NCBI RefSeq assembly: GCF_963921235.1
Contig: NC_086097.1
Span: 48,238,001 to 48,302,000, forward strand
DNA from: Mobula hypostoma
Lineage: Eukaryota
DNA length: 64,000 nucleotides
Reading direction: 5' to 3'
Shown here: positions 25,325 to 38,467 of the stretch, piece after piece
Position numbering within the stretch: the stretch's first letter is position 1
Layout: the number at the start of each line of letters is the position of its first letter
Program-made: the position numbers and the translations under genes
The notes under the pieces: model-generated
The model's input: only the letters and a program-made list of their open reading frames with translations
Told to the model about the DNA's origin: nothing
The model's database searches: none

Positions 25325-25945
25325 TAATCAAAATCAGAACCAGATCAGGTTTGATATCACCAGCATATGTTGTTAATTTTGTTGTTTTATATATATAGTT
25401 AAATAAGTAGTGCCAAAAAAGTAATGAGGTAATGTCCATTCAGAAATCTGATGGCAGAGGGGAAGAAGCTGTTCCTGAATTGTTGAGTGTGTGCCCTCAG
25501 GTAGCTGTACCTCCTTAATGATGATTGCCACCTTTTTGAGGCGTCCCTCCTTCAAGACATCCCGGATGCTAAAGGAGGCCAGTACCCATGATGGAGCTGA
25601 CTGAGTTCACAACTTTCTGCAGCTTCTTTCGATCCTATGCAGCAGCCCCTCACCCCCGTACCAGACAGTGATGTAGCCAGTTAGAAAGCTCTCCAGAGTA
25701 CATCTATAGAAGTTTGTAAGTGTCTCTGGTGACATTACAAACCTCTTCAAACTCCTAATGAAATGCAGCCACTGTCATGCTTCCTTCGTAACTACATCTT
25801 AATGTTGGGCCCAGGACAGATACTCAGAGTTGTTGACTCCCAGATTCTTGAAATTGTTCATTCTTTCCATGTCTGATCCCTCCTTTAGGACTGGTGTGTG
25901 CTTCCTCGTCTTGCCCTTTCTGAAGTCCACAATCAGTTCAGTCTT
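25325..25945 (-). mobile_element. Rex1/Babar-like LINE 3' fragment
   Basis: cagaaatctgatggcagaggggaagaagctgttcc...acatctatagaagtttg is similar to 16630-17000. Confidence 0.7.
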
Positions 25946-28900
25946 ACGGATCAAACATGGTCACAGGTAGAGGCAACCATTAGTTTTTGTGTACTCGCCA
26001 TATCTGTGAACTCAGAGACAGCCCTGACAATTTTGGGTGTCTGGCTCTCTGTCATCAAAAGGTTTTAGAATATTAGTTTCTCCTAAAGGTGTTTGGACCT
26101 TCAGAGGTGTTTTACCAATTACAATGTGATTCCATTATGTATCCCAAAGGAACCATTTGTCAACCCAAAATATTGAAGTAAACAACGTCGTTCTAAGTAT
26201 TGAAACCGTATTGGATCACCTTCTGTAAACTTTGCTCTTAAGGGTATAAAAATGTGATGTACCTTTGGGTTTATGAGCCTCCACTGAGAATGTCTGCGGA
26301 ATGTGCACAATAAAGACTGCTACATCATCAGCTTCAGTGTTTGTCCAGCGACTTCAATCACAGTCACAACACCATAGACAAAATAACAAGGCAGGAATAT
26401 GATGGAATAATCTCCACCTGTTTGCCGTTCCAGTAACACTCAACAAGTTGAACTCAAAACTCAGTCGCATCTATCACCCTAAACATTCACTCCCTTAAAC
26501 CACAGGGTGTACCTTTTACAAAATGCATGCAGTTTCATGTTGGATATTTTGACAGCTTCTTGCATGCTGCAAATCTCAAGCACTGAGAAGGACAAAATCA
26601 GTAAGTTCCAATGATTTAATGTATTTATTAAATACAAAGGTTCTGAGAAATTGTAATCAAGTACTTTTTTGCCCTGTGGTAGAATGTTCAGAGTAACCAC
26701 ATCTGCTGTATCTAAAATCTAGATGTTCCTAATTTGTCGTGATGTATTTACCCCATCAAAAGATAGTCTTCTGTCCAAAGCTTTACAAACAGATCAGTAT
26801 TAAAACTAGTTTATGATGGAAAAGGTGGAACACCTGCAACTAAATGTCAGTAAATCACAGTCCTGACATAGCCACACATGTTTATTCTGACACCCTAATG
26901 ACCTTCAGAGAAGAGACCAGCCTGCAGGTTTGTAGCATCAAATTTGTGGTAGTGTCAATTTTTCCCAGATTCACAATGAGGTAAATTGAGATGATTTTCT
27001 GTGCATAATTATTGAAATGTAAGATGTCTTAAATGATTGACTGAGCAACTATCCTTGCATGTAATGCAAGGGATCAATAAACCTCAGTAATGTCGGTGAA
27101 CTGTCATCATCTGAAACAAATCTAATTCTACCTTTCTTTTTGCATTTTTTCTTTATTTACATTTATTAATATGTTAATGAATTCAGGAAAGATTATTGAA
27201 GAATATGTGAGAAGAATCCTAATTCATCATTTGCTAGAGCTATGTTATTTGTCTCTAAGCTGTATGTGCATATTTCCATCTGAGATATTTATGAAATTGT
27301 AGCATTGCTGAAATGCATCTCATTATGCCTCTCCTGAATGACTTTAATGTGCTAGATGGTACCTTTATTTCAAAACACTTTTCTGAATTCCCTTTTCAAC
27401 AAATGTCTTGAAGTGGTGTTCCACTTCTGTGATCAGTGAGTAAGTGTTTTACAATCACAAAGCTTCTGTCAGTTTTTCTGACAGAGACCTCTTACGTGAG
27501 ACACGTGGCAAAAAGAGAGGCAATTAAACTCTCCAGTCTGACACAAAATGCGCTTAAAAGGGTCGATGCCAGTAAGATTTGATGCCTTTTCTTTTTTTTT
27601 GAGTGCAGTGGGAAGCCTTGCACTGCCTCTTTACATGGGAAGTACAAAGGGACAAGGATCTTACGGCTATTAAACTTGCAAATGTGACATATATAAACTC
27701 TCTCAATAGAACACTGGCTATTGAACAGCATTTTTATAACCTAGTTGGTGTTATAAATAGTGCACCTGAGATCAGTAAAGAAGTTTGTGCAATTTAACGA
27801 TTTAAACTCAAATGGAAGAAATTACTACCTGGTTAAATAGTGAAATTTGACCAATAACCTGCTTCCACAGAGAAATAGTGTAAATGGAGAATGGGACTTC
27901 CTAATTAGCTCACAATTACGCAAGATTTTGATTATAACTTAATCACATCTATACATACTATGTTACAACTTGACTAGGGAATGGAGGTATCTCGTTTTCT
28001 TAGATAGTTACCTTGGGGGGTTGGGGAGTGTGGGTGGGGAGGTGGGAAGAAGGAGAATCATTGATTGTTGATAAAAATCATATAAATCACTCACAGCCAT
28101 CTTTTTAGCCTGTAATTTTGTAATAAGATAAATGACAGGGGTCTGAAATTGGAAGTGGTTGCTTTCATATTTTTGATAGGTTGTCAGTCAATTGTGGATG
28201 ATATGGTCATTCTTTGTGTGCTGTTTTAGTTGAATAGTTTTTTTGGAATAAAAATTGCCACTGTGGCCTTTGTGAATCAACTCAAGATTTGTTCATTTTA
28301 CAACAGAATAATTACAGCATCAGAGCTCACAGTACAAACATTTTTGATATTCCTGCAGATGACGAATGGCATTGATTTTATTTCGGCTAATCCAAGCAAT
28401 CAATCAAGGTAAATTAGGTAAAGGCATTCATCCTGTAGTCAGATTGATAGAATATTTTCTACAATTTTGTAGATTATTTTTTAAATTTTGGTGAGACAAG
28501 AATCAATCGTTTTAGGTCAAATAAAATACTGGTAGGGTTGTCTACGCAAAATGCGGATAGTGCTCAGCATGCTTTTACAATATAAAAAATAACAACATAA
28601 GTGGCCTGAAAATGTATACATGGAAGGATGTGTCAGGATGGATCTTTTAAAAGGACAATTTATTTACAAATCATAGCAGATAAGTGCAGATATTAGAGCT
28701 TTGTTTAATTATTTCTCAGTTTAGTTAGTTTAGTTTCAGGATAACTTCACAACATATTGTAGTGTTTAAATGAATAACTTAAATGTATTCATTATGTATT
28801 CATCAATGTATTATGAGGGGGAAGCAGCACTGATGACATCTCAGTTTATTTAATAACTTGGTAAACTCTTTTGAGGTGCCTCACAGGAATGTCATTAACA

Positions 28901-29244
28901 AAAGCTGATGTTGAACCATATGAGGGAATATTGAGATAATTAACCAAATGCTTGATCAAAGACATAGATCTATATGGCATTCTAATGGTGGGAGAGAGGT
29001 AGAGGTGTGAAATTCAGGAGTTTTGGGCTTGAGTAGCTAAGATTATTGGTGCAGATGGTGGATCGTTATGGAAGACTGGTAAAGAGAGTAAAATTGTAGC
29101 TGATATTTCCGAGAATCATAGGACTGGAGTAGGTAGTGAGGTGACAGACAATGAATTGATATGAAACCAAGGGTGAGAAAATTAAATTCATGGTGTAGCT
29201 CAACTGAGTCACTGTTATCAGCAAGTTAACATCTTAAAAATGTG

Positions 29245-29447
29245 AGCAACACACATCAAATTTGCTGGTGAACGCAGCAGGCCAGGCAGCATCTCTAGGA
29301 AGAGGTACAGTTGACGTTTCGGGCTGAGACCCTTCGTCAGGACCTTGTACCTCTTCCTAGAGGTGCTGCCTGGCCTGCTGCATTCACCAGCAAATTTGAT
29401 GTGTGTTGCCTGAATTTCCAGCATCTGCAGAATTCCTCGTGTTTACG
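29245..29447. mobile_element. Palindromic Penelope 3'-end mini-insertion with minus-strand hammerhead core
   Basis: Arms 29246-29309 / 29346-29409, tail 29410-29447. Perfect 14-bp TSD atcttaaaaatgtg at 29231-29244 / 29448-29461. Confidence 0.92.
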
Positions 29448-31282
29448 ATCTTAAAAATGTGTTGCATTGTATTTGTTTTTTTCTCTTTTGCAATGCTATT
29501 GCAGTCTTAATTATTTGTATTATCTGAAGTGATTCTCATTCAGTTGCCAGAAACTCTTGTGTTATCGTTCAGCTCTCATTTTTAACTAAAAAAACAGTGA
29601 GGGGCCCTTATTTATTTATTTTACTCTCTTAGTTCCCTTCTTTTCAGGAAGTCCAGAGGGGAGATAGCCTTTTGATTTGATTTCTCCCCCTATACTGCAT
29701 ATGAGCCAAATAGTTTGGGGAGTGATTTTAGTTCTTTACAAATCAGCAGACTAGAAAGTAATTTAATATCTCTGCTTCAAGTTAAATCAGAAACAAAAAT
29801 GTTTTGAGTAGTTGGAAGCATAGTCTCAACTGAATATAATGCACAGCAGAGCTCGGGCAGGGGGATTTACTTTGTACAGAATGTTGAGAGATATTTGACA
29901 GACTTGCAATATTAAGACAAAGGGATGATTTATTTCCATTAGTTGCCCTGAAATAATAATTATGTGAAGTGGAACGGAGAGATCAATATACATACAGAAG
30001 CTGAAGAATGTCAATAATTGAGCAATGATAAAATGGAGAAGCTGGCTGGGTGTCAAAGGGAGAGATTGAGAAAGGGACAGTTAAATTTATTATATTCCTC
30101 TGTACTTTTTTCTCCCTGTTGAATCCAACATTAAACCTATGTTAAGCGAGGCCACTAACAAATCTTATTTAAACAATTTTTTTTGTGTGAATTTGCTTAA
30201 TAAAGAATAAAAAATGCTTTTATGTGCCATAGTGTTCATATAAATTTCGTTGTAACTTCTAAATTGAATATTATATCACAATTAAGAACAGGGCAGTTTC
30301 CTTCCATCCGTAGTCCAAAGCGGCATATTTTCTGTTTACTCACTATTATCTCTCGGATAATCAGCCTAATCTTGTGCAAATGGCAAACGAATATGCCATA
30401 AAGTTGTTGGATTGTTCAGTGTACTAAGAAACCTAACTAGTATTCCTTTGTGGGACCATAAGAGGACTTTCAGGAAAAGGTCCATAAGTCTTTTATCTTT
30501 GTCTAGTTAGAAAAACCGGAACAAACCCCTAGGTTTTCCAAAGTAATTCTGGTAATGGTAAACACTTGCTCCCCCCACCCCCGCTACTCATAGGGATAGT
30601 GAAATCCTTAACATTTCTCATTGTATGAATGAATATTTCTCATCTGTCTTATATTGTTTTTACTGACTACCTTAAATCAGCTTAGCTTATTTATTCACCT
30701 GCCTGAAATGGGAAATAAGTTCTTCCAAAATCATTTCTATCTAGTCGTCCCATAATTATATGCAATTTGATGAAATCTCCGCCCAAAGTCTTCTTTTACA
30801 AAACAGAGTCAATCTTTCCTCTCGTAGTTTTCTCCAACCCTGGTAACATCCTTGTAAATACTCTGCCATTGGCATCACATGCTTCCTTTAGTGCCGTTAG
30901 GGGAACTGCATGAAGTACCCCAACTGTGGTAAAACTAGTTTTTTTTGTACACTGTAGGTGTATTAAAAATTTGTTCAACTAAATGTCACATTCTACCTGC
31001 TGACTCCTGCTTTATACATTTTGATATTTAACAGAGAGCTTTGGAGAGTAATCGGGCTTGTGCATGGGTCATTTGCTTTCTCCTGTAGGATACTGAGCTT
31101 GGTGTTTTTAGCAGGGTTCCAAGCTCACAAATGGGGCTTGTCTGCCGGGTTTACTATTGAACCTCTATACTATTGGTGAAGGAGAATTATTTCCTTAAAA
31201 ACATGTGTATTTTAATTGATATAATAGTTAAATTCTGCAAATTAATGTTGCACATATTGTTACCTAAAAGCATTAGAATGGT

Positions 31283-31692
31283 AGGGTCATAAAGTTGTAT
31301 AGCATAGAAACAGACCCTTCAGCTCAACTTGTCCATGCCAAGCTGTTTTATGCTCATTTGCCTATCCTGTTTTCCTAAAACCTGTCCAAATGCTGTAATT
31401 ATATCTGCCTCTACCACTTCTAGCTACTCATTCTGTCACACTCTACTTTTAGACACATCCATCATAGGAAAAAGACTCTGACCTCTATTTTATCTATACC
31501 ACCCGCCCCCCCATTATTTTATAAACCTCAAATGTCACTCTCTTTTCCTTTATGTTCCAGTGAGAGTAAACCCAGCCTATCCACTGTCTCCTTATAGTTA
31601 AAGTCGTCTTTTCCAGGCAACATCCTGGTGCATCTCTTCTGCTCTCTCTCAATTGCTACCATTTCTGTTGGACTGTGGCAAACAGAACTGTA
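31283..31692 (-). mobile_element. Old CR1 3' fragment
   Basis: agcatagaaacagacccttcagctcaacttgtccatgcc...ccaggcaacatcctggtgcatctcttctg is similar to 3304-3820. Confidence 0.65.
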
Positions 31693-31914
31693 AAAATTAT
31701 TTTCTATTTTGCTAACATATGGTGATTTTATTTAGCAAGTGTTTTTTTCCTCCTCTTTTTCTACCTGTTTTTTCTCTTCACTGGCATAACGTTATTAATA
31801 AAACTTTTTTGACTGTGGCAGTGATGACTTCAGAGGTAGAAGAATTAGGTGAAGGAGCCTGTTACATTCCTACTGAGAATGTTTATATCGGTACGCAAAA
31901 AAATAGAACATAAC

Positions 31915-32100
31915 AGTGGTATCATGGCTCCAGTGACCTGATTTCAATGCTGACCTCCAGTGCCCTTTGTGTAGAATTTATACCTTCTCTCTGTGGCCAG
32001 ATGGGTGCTCCCAGAATGCCCCAGTTCTTCCCTCATCCCAGAAGCATACAGATTGGTAAGATAATTGATCACTTGATGTTATCCTTCGGCATAGGTGAGA
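31915..32100 (+). mobile_element. Decayed V-SINE-like element
   Basis: ctccagtgacctgatttcaatgctgacctccagtgccctttgtgtagaattt...cccagttcttccctcatccca. Confidence 0.5.
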
Positions 32101-33915
32101 CATTGGCATATCACAGGTTCTTAATCTGCGTGTGTGAAAAAATGGGTTTTAAGGAAAGATTAGGGAATGATTGCTCTGAGAATTAACATTACTCAGAGGC
32201 TGAATATCCTCCTTCAATGGCATAATAAAAATGAGAGTCATTACCCCTGTCAGTGTTTCCTTATTCAATCCTTTTAATTTGTCTCTCACTCCAGAAGCTC
32301 TTACTTGCACTTCAGACAAACTAGGTGGTTTCTGTAGAGAAGAAAATGGTGGAGCCCAATCCTGCCCTTGTCCTATGTCTGCACATGTGGTCACTGTGGC
32401 GATGGCCAAGAGCTGAAGGCTTGGCTACTTTTTCTACTTCAGGGCACAAGTTTACCTCCAGTGTCTCCATCTGCCTTGAAATTACATGACTTGAGTTCTC
32501 CATGATCTTGAGATTTATTTCCAAGATGTTAAAGAAGGTCACTAACATACACAGAACCTAAGGAGTAGGTCTGGATATTATAGAATCTGCAATTAAAAAA
32601 ATACATTGACAGAAGATAGGTACAATTTTATACCTAAAAACTTCCTCTGAATATGTCCTCATATGCAGTTGAGAATTGTACTTGTAAAATAGTTGGGGCA
32701 GGAATTACCAGTGTGTAAATGTGTAAGTTAATAACTTATATCCACTTCACAAAAGCCAGTTTGTAAACCCAATATTTCTGCAAATTAAATAGAGCTTAAT
32801 TTTCCATGCCATCACTAAACTCTGTTATGTATCATTTCATAATTATTTATCAGCTTTGCAAAAATTAAACTGAATCTTGCCCTGTAAGTTGCTCTATACA
32901 CAAACAATGTATGTGCTAATGAGTGAGCTAGAAGACCAATCTAATTTGTGAAAGTCATCCACATCTATCAGTTCCAATTAAATCCACAGTAAAATTGTCT
33001 CTGAGCTGAGACCTATATAATGTGATTTACAGTGGAGTGCAATAATGTTGGATTTCATCAGTGGGATTCACAGCAGTATTAATTTAAGGTTAATTAAATC
33101 TGGTACTTTTTATAAAAAGTCCCAGTTTGAATGTCTGAGAGTAACTATGTAACAAGTTAATTGTCTGATTGTATAATATACAATAATTTAATCTTTATGA
33201 GCACGTACTGGACAAAATGAGCATGTTATCAGAATGGTCAGTAGTCGTTAGCAAGGTGCATGTGGGAGGCATTATAATTATGGTTTCAATATGTTGCTCT
33301 TTAGTGTGCAAAATTGAATTTCTTATCACTTTCTAGCAGTCAATGTTGAGTTGTTTGTAGTTACTACATCAGAAATGCACGAGAATCTAGAGAAATAAAA
33401 AAACATTAAGTGCTGGGAGACATAAGTTTGCTTTTTTGGTTAAGAATGTACTACAGTGTATAAAGATGCAGCAGCAAATAAAATGAAGTGTGGATATAAA
33501 ATAGATTTAACTGGATAAATTAGTATGCAAGGATGGATTTTATTTCTGTCTATTCAGCTTGAACAACTGTGGGCTTGTGTGAAACACTGAAATACCACAG
33601 TGGCCCCATTCTGTTTTTATGAGTAGGGCTAGCCTTGAATCTGCCATTTCCATGCCTTTTAGTGATTCACAACAGATGTTTCCTTTATTTTTAAGCTTTG
33701 CTTAGTTTCTGTTATGGGCTTTTACACTGGTTTCGAGCTTTCCATTGGATCAAACTCAGAAGTTAGGTGCAGGTAGTGTTGAAAGCATGGAATGCACTCT
33801 ACACTTGGTGCTATTGATGACCTTCATGGACTCTTTGTTTATGCAGCAAATGTAGGTTTTTAGTAATTTATTGCAGGTTTGTTTCCTGAATAGGAAGCAG
33901 ACAGTATATGGAGGA

Positions 33916-34136
33916 ACATACATCAAAGTTGCTGGTGAACGCAGCAGGCCAAGCAGCATCTATAGGAAGAGGCGCAGTCGACGTTTCAGGCCGAGACCCT
34001 TCGTCAGGACGAAGGGTCTCGGCCTGAAACGTCGACTGCACCTCTTCCTATAGATGCTGCTTGGCCTGCTGCGTTCACCAGCAACTTTGATGTATGTTGC
34101 TTGAATTTCCAGCATCTGCAGAATTCCTGTTGTTTG
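33916..34136. mobile_element. Young palindromic Penelope 3'-end mini-insertion with hammerhead
   Basis: Arms 33915-34005 / 34008-34098 (one mismatch), tail to 34136. TSD agtatatggagga at 33903-33915 / 34137-34149. Confidence 0.93.
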
Positions 34137-35882
34137 AGTATATGGAGGAGATCATTTCCATTCCATGCAAAAATGGTGAAAACCACACATTGCCTCAGAA
34201 GTTTCCTGTCTTCATTAAATTATTGTCAATATTGAAACTTTATTAAAATAGCACCAATGCTTGTTCTTAAAGAAAAAAGGCTGCTATTTCAATCCCGCCT
34301 GACTCCATTCATGTTGGTTCACTTTGGTTGTGAGTTCATAATTAGAGAGGCCCTCCATTGGTCATGGTCGCCAATGAATGTTGTGTCCTAGCTGTCTATG
34401 TTATTGACACGCAAACCAGTATGCATGCCAGGCCAGTTTATAATGAACTAAAAGGGTAAATTAAAGTATAAGAGTTGCTGGACTGAAGAGATCAATAGAG
34501 GCAAAGTTGGAAACAAGATAACGATGAAAGGGATAGGGTTGCTAGAGGCAGAAGTGGTTAGAATGTCTATTGGGATTTATATTTTTATTCAGATTGGTTA
34601 GGAAGGCCATTGAAATTATATGCCTTACATTAACAGCCCAGAGTAAAGCAAATTCTGGTGAGTTTTTGTAATAAAAATGGGCAAGACTTCTTAGGTTTAT
34701 TTATTTTGTCCATTTTTCTGACTGTTGCTAACCACCAGATCAGGCATATTGCCCTATCAGCTCTGCATCATTTGTAAGAGGTTTTACATCCAACACTGCT
34801 AGATATCCCAATGCACCCTGTTGTTCAGTGCTCCTGGGCCAGCATTGATTGTACTGGGTGAGTTGCTGATATGCATAGTCTGTTTTCTTTTTGTGTCTAT
34901 GATGCCAGAATGGAAGAAATATCTTTTGTAATAGATGGAAAATGCTCACTGCACTGGAAAAAAGTTACATGATGGCTCAAGACCATGTCTGTCATTGTCT
35001 CTCAGCCATTCCTCTGTTTCAGTGAGCACAGTACAGACAGAAGCTATCTTCATATTAAGTTGACAACTCACTCAAGTATTTCCTGGTGATGTGTATGCGG
35101 TTTTTCAATTACATGCTGCCAACTGCTTCTTCCATTTAATTGAGTCATAGTCAGCCTTAGTTGCTTCTTGGATCTTGGCTTTGAAACCCGAATGGCAACA
35201 ATAATAAGAATGAGCCTTATTTCTGTGTATATGCTGTCTGTAATTGCTGTGGTGTTCGACTGGAGTACAGTGGATATGGATGGAAGTGTTTTTGTTTGAA
35301 GGTTCCAACATATATAGTATTTGCTACTCTGTCCTGCACTTGTCCTTAGGAACCAGCCTGACCATGGCACCTTCTTCCATGAGTGGTCACGTTGGGTTAG
35401 TTCATCTACATCACTGCATGATAATTGTGAAGGGAGTCTGTGTAGCCTCTTGTTCTAGTCACATAAATGGTGAACTAAGTGAAAGGTGTTTACCTCTGCA
35501 GGAATATTTCTGTAGTTTCTTTTCAAAGATCTGTGAAGGGATCAAATGAGGTACATTTACTAACCAATCCCATTTACCCAACTACCTAACCTTTTTTTCC
35601 TTTTGATATGAAGTGTAAAGCACACGTTGCGCATGAGAGAGTTCAAATTACCTCCCAGTTTATTTGGCATTTAATCCCATTAACACAGGTCATACTTGAC
35701 TAGTTAGCTGCATACTTGTACATTATCTGGATTTCAACTTCTCGAATTCGGATTTTACAGGGTAAAATTGGTTTGAATCATTGAAATACCTGCATTTCCC
35801 GGGTCATCTGCAAAAAATAAGCCAACCAAACTTACTGCTCAAAGGTGATATTGAAAACTGATTGTTTGTTGTTTCCTTTCAG

Positions 35883-36092
35883 GTGAAGGTGATGGTACGG
35901 ATTTGTCCTTCCCAAGGGACAAACAATACATCAGAATCGATGTCCTTTCTGAAAGTAGACTCTCGCAAAAAACAAATAACCCTCTACGACCCCTCAGTGA
36001 GTGGGCATTTGAGTTCCACCCACAGGAGAACAGTGGTTGCAGCTCCAAAAATGTTTGCATTTGATGCAGTTTTCACCCAAGATGCCTCGCAG
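35883..36092 (+). CDS. KIF26A: KIF26A motor-domain exon (VKVMVRICP...[15 protein letters not shown])
   Basis: tttcag acceptor, GTGAGC donor, 210 bp, phase 0/0; kinesin N-terminal strand and FxFD motif. Confidence 0.95.
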
Positions 36093-36206
36093 GTGAGCAG
36101 AAGGAAGATAAAGTAAATAGCTAAGTTCATCCTCAATATCAGCTTGAATTAGTCTTGTATTCATTCCAGTGTAACATAATTTATTCTTTTGCACTAATAA
36201 TCCTAG

Positions 36207-36300
36207 GCTGAGGTCTGTTCAGGAACAGTGGCAGAAGTCATTCAGTCTGTTGTGAATGGTGCAGATGGCTGCATATTCTGTTTTGGTCATGTCAAGCTTG
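36207..36300 (+). CDS. KIF26A: KIF26A motor-domain exon ([32 protein letters not shown]); missed by the ORF track
   Basis: tcctag acceptor, GTGAGC donor, 94 bp; encodes the first part of the P-loop. Confidence 0.95.
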
Positions 36301-37487
36301 GTGAGCTTCCAATTTATTTTTGCTGTTAATTACAGTGTTGGACTAGTAATTACATGCTGTCAACCTCTGTAACAATAAACCTGATAGTATACGACTGAAG
36401 TAGAATTTTCTTTTCAATGGACTTTGCTGATTTACTAAAATTTGTTTCTAAATTATTTCTTGAAACGTCAGTAGGAGCAAAAGCAATAAGGTTTAAAGTA
36501 TAACAGTTAATATGAGATCTTTGATTTTGGCCATGACTTGTTGAATAAATAAGCTATTCTTAGTCATGAAAATGACTTCCCTGTATTGTTCATCATTCAC
36601 ATATCCTACAACCTTCTATTCTACTTCCTTTCTACCCACCCCGGGAATACTTCTTGTACTTCCAAGGCACTTCCAGTACTCAACCTTTGAACCTTTAGTT
36701 TTCAGTGATTGATAATATTATTGCAGCTGTCAATTTGTTCAGCCACTCCATCACCTCTACATTTGGTGGTCACATCCACTGTAAAACCTTTGTTCTCGTT
36801 CCCAGTTCAGGTACCTTGCAGTTTAGAGAAAATGTAACAGATTCTCAGAAATATTAGACTTGGAAGGAGGCCTTTCAGCCTAGGGAGCCCATACTAGCTC
36901 TCTGATTGAGTAATTTATCCATCTTCTCCTCACAGTCCTGCAAGTTCTTTCACTTTGTACTTATTCAGCCCTGCTTTGGGATGTCATAATTGGATTGCCT
37001 CCATTATCACACTAGTTGACTCCAGATTCTAACTCTTTGTGTTATAAGTAGTATTCTCTTCGTGTATCTTTTGATTCTTTAACTAATCACACTTATCCTC
37101 ATGTCCTCTGATTTCTGATCCCTTGAATGACTGACCTGCTGACATCATATATTGCAATGTACCCAATATATTTGTACATTGCCAAGAGGAGTGTGTACTC
37201 TGCACACATAGGTTTCACCCTGAAGTGTAATTTGCCAGTCTGGGTCTCTACTCCTGTGGGAGGCCTATGCACCTCCTGCTGCCTCCAGAGTAACTACAAC
37301 CATAGCAGCTGGCTGCCTCATCTTCCAGTCAGAAGATGTTGAGGTCTGTTGGTGCTCAGAGCACACCACTGAGATGTCAATGTGACATGATCCTCAAGAA
37401 AATGAGGCAAATTTATCATGTTTACGTCTATCTAGATCACTAAAGGAATTAAACAATTGAATATTCGAATTTACTTTTCACTTCCAG

Positions 37488-37750
37488 GAAAGACATATAC
37501 TATGATTGGAAAGGATAATTCAATGCAAAATCTTGGTGTTATTCCTTGTGCAATATCCTGGCTTTTTAAATTAATAAATGAACGCAAGGAGAAAACTGGA
37601 ACTCGATTCTCGGTCAGGGTTTCTGCTGTGGAGATCTGGGGCAAGGATGAAAACCTTAGGGACTTGTTATCTGAAGTGGCCACCGGCAGCCTCCAGGATG
37701 GCCAGTCTCCTGGTGTCTACCTCCGAGAGGACCCAGTCTGTGGGACTCAG
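37488..37750 (+). CDS. KIF26A: KIF26A motor-domain exon ([10 protein letters not shown]...[11 protein letters not shown])
   Basis: ttccag acceptor, GTATTT donor, 263 bp; completes the P-loop GHVKLGKT. Confidence 0.95.
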
Positions 37751-38002
37751 GTATTTTTATTATACTACATTAATTTTGCTGTTTTGAAGTATATTGGTAT
37801 TGTGACATTTCTGTTGTGCATCAAAGAATATTTGAAATGTTCCAGCTATGTTTAAAATGTCACTGCCACAGTCTTGGCTTTACATTTTTTCATCTTTGCT
37901 CCCTTGGTATACATAATTTATTACGAATTGCCCCAGAGACCTAATCTGTTGAGCAGAAATGCAACCCTCTTCCAATTAGTAATAGTTTTCTCTCGTATCC
38001 AG

Positions 38003-38186
38003 CTTCAGAATCAAAACGAGCTGAGAGCCCCCACGGCAGAAAAAGCCGCCTACTTCCTTGATGCTGCAATTGCGTCCAGAAGGACCAGTAGGCCAGACTG
38101 TGATGAGGAGGCGAGGAGGAACTCCCATATGCTCTTTACACTTCACATTTACCAATATCGAATGGATAAGAGTGGCAAAGGGGGAA
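38003..38186 (+). CDS. KIF26A: KIF26A motor-domain exon ([16 protein letters not shown]...[23 protein letters not shown])
   Basis: tccag acceptor, GTATGT donor, 184 bp; switch I region. Confidence 0.95.
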
Positions 38187-38307
38187 GTATGTTCACTTTT
38201 AAGGTCAAAGCAGTATTTTCTTATCATTAAAATAGTTTGCATTCATTATATCGGTTAGTAAATTCAGAGTGGCTCATTGGTTCTATGCACCTTGCTCTTC
38301 CCTTTAG

Positions 38308-38467
38308 TGTCCGGAGGGCGCAGTCGTTTGCACCTGGTAGACTTGGGAAGCTGTGAAAAGGTTCTCAGCAAGAGTCGGGATGGTGGCGGTGGTCTTTGTC
38401 TGTCACTTTCAGCTCTGGGCAATGTCATTTTGGCATTAGTAAATGGGGCTAAACATGTTCCATACAA
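38308..38467 (+). CDS. KIF26A: KIF26A motor-domain exon ([17 protein letters not shown]...GAKHVPYK)
   Basis: ctttag acceptor, GTAAGT donor, 160 bp; switch II region and HVPY motif. Confidence 0.95.

Noticed and set aside
33916..34136. Palindromes as DNA-transposon MITEs or conserved miRNA genes
   Set aside because: They have variable 11-15 bp TSDs, an asymmetric tail and identity to the PLE 3' end.
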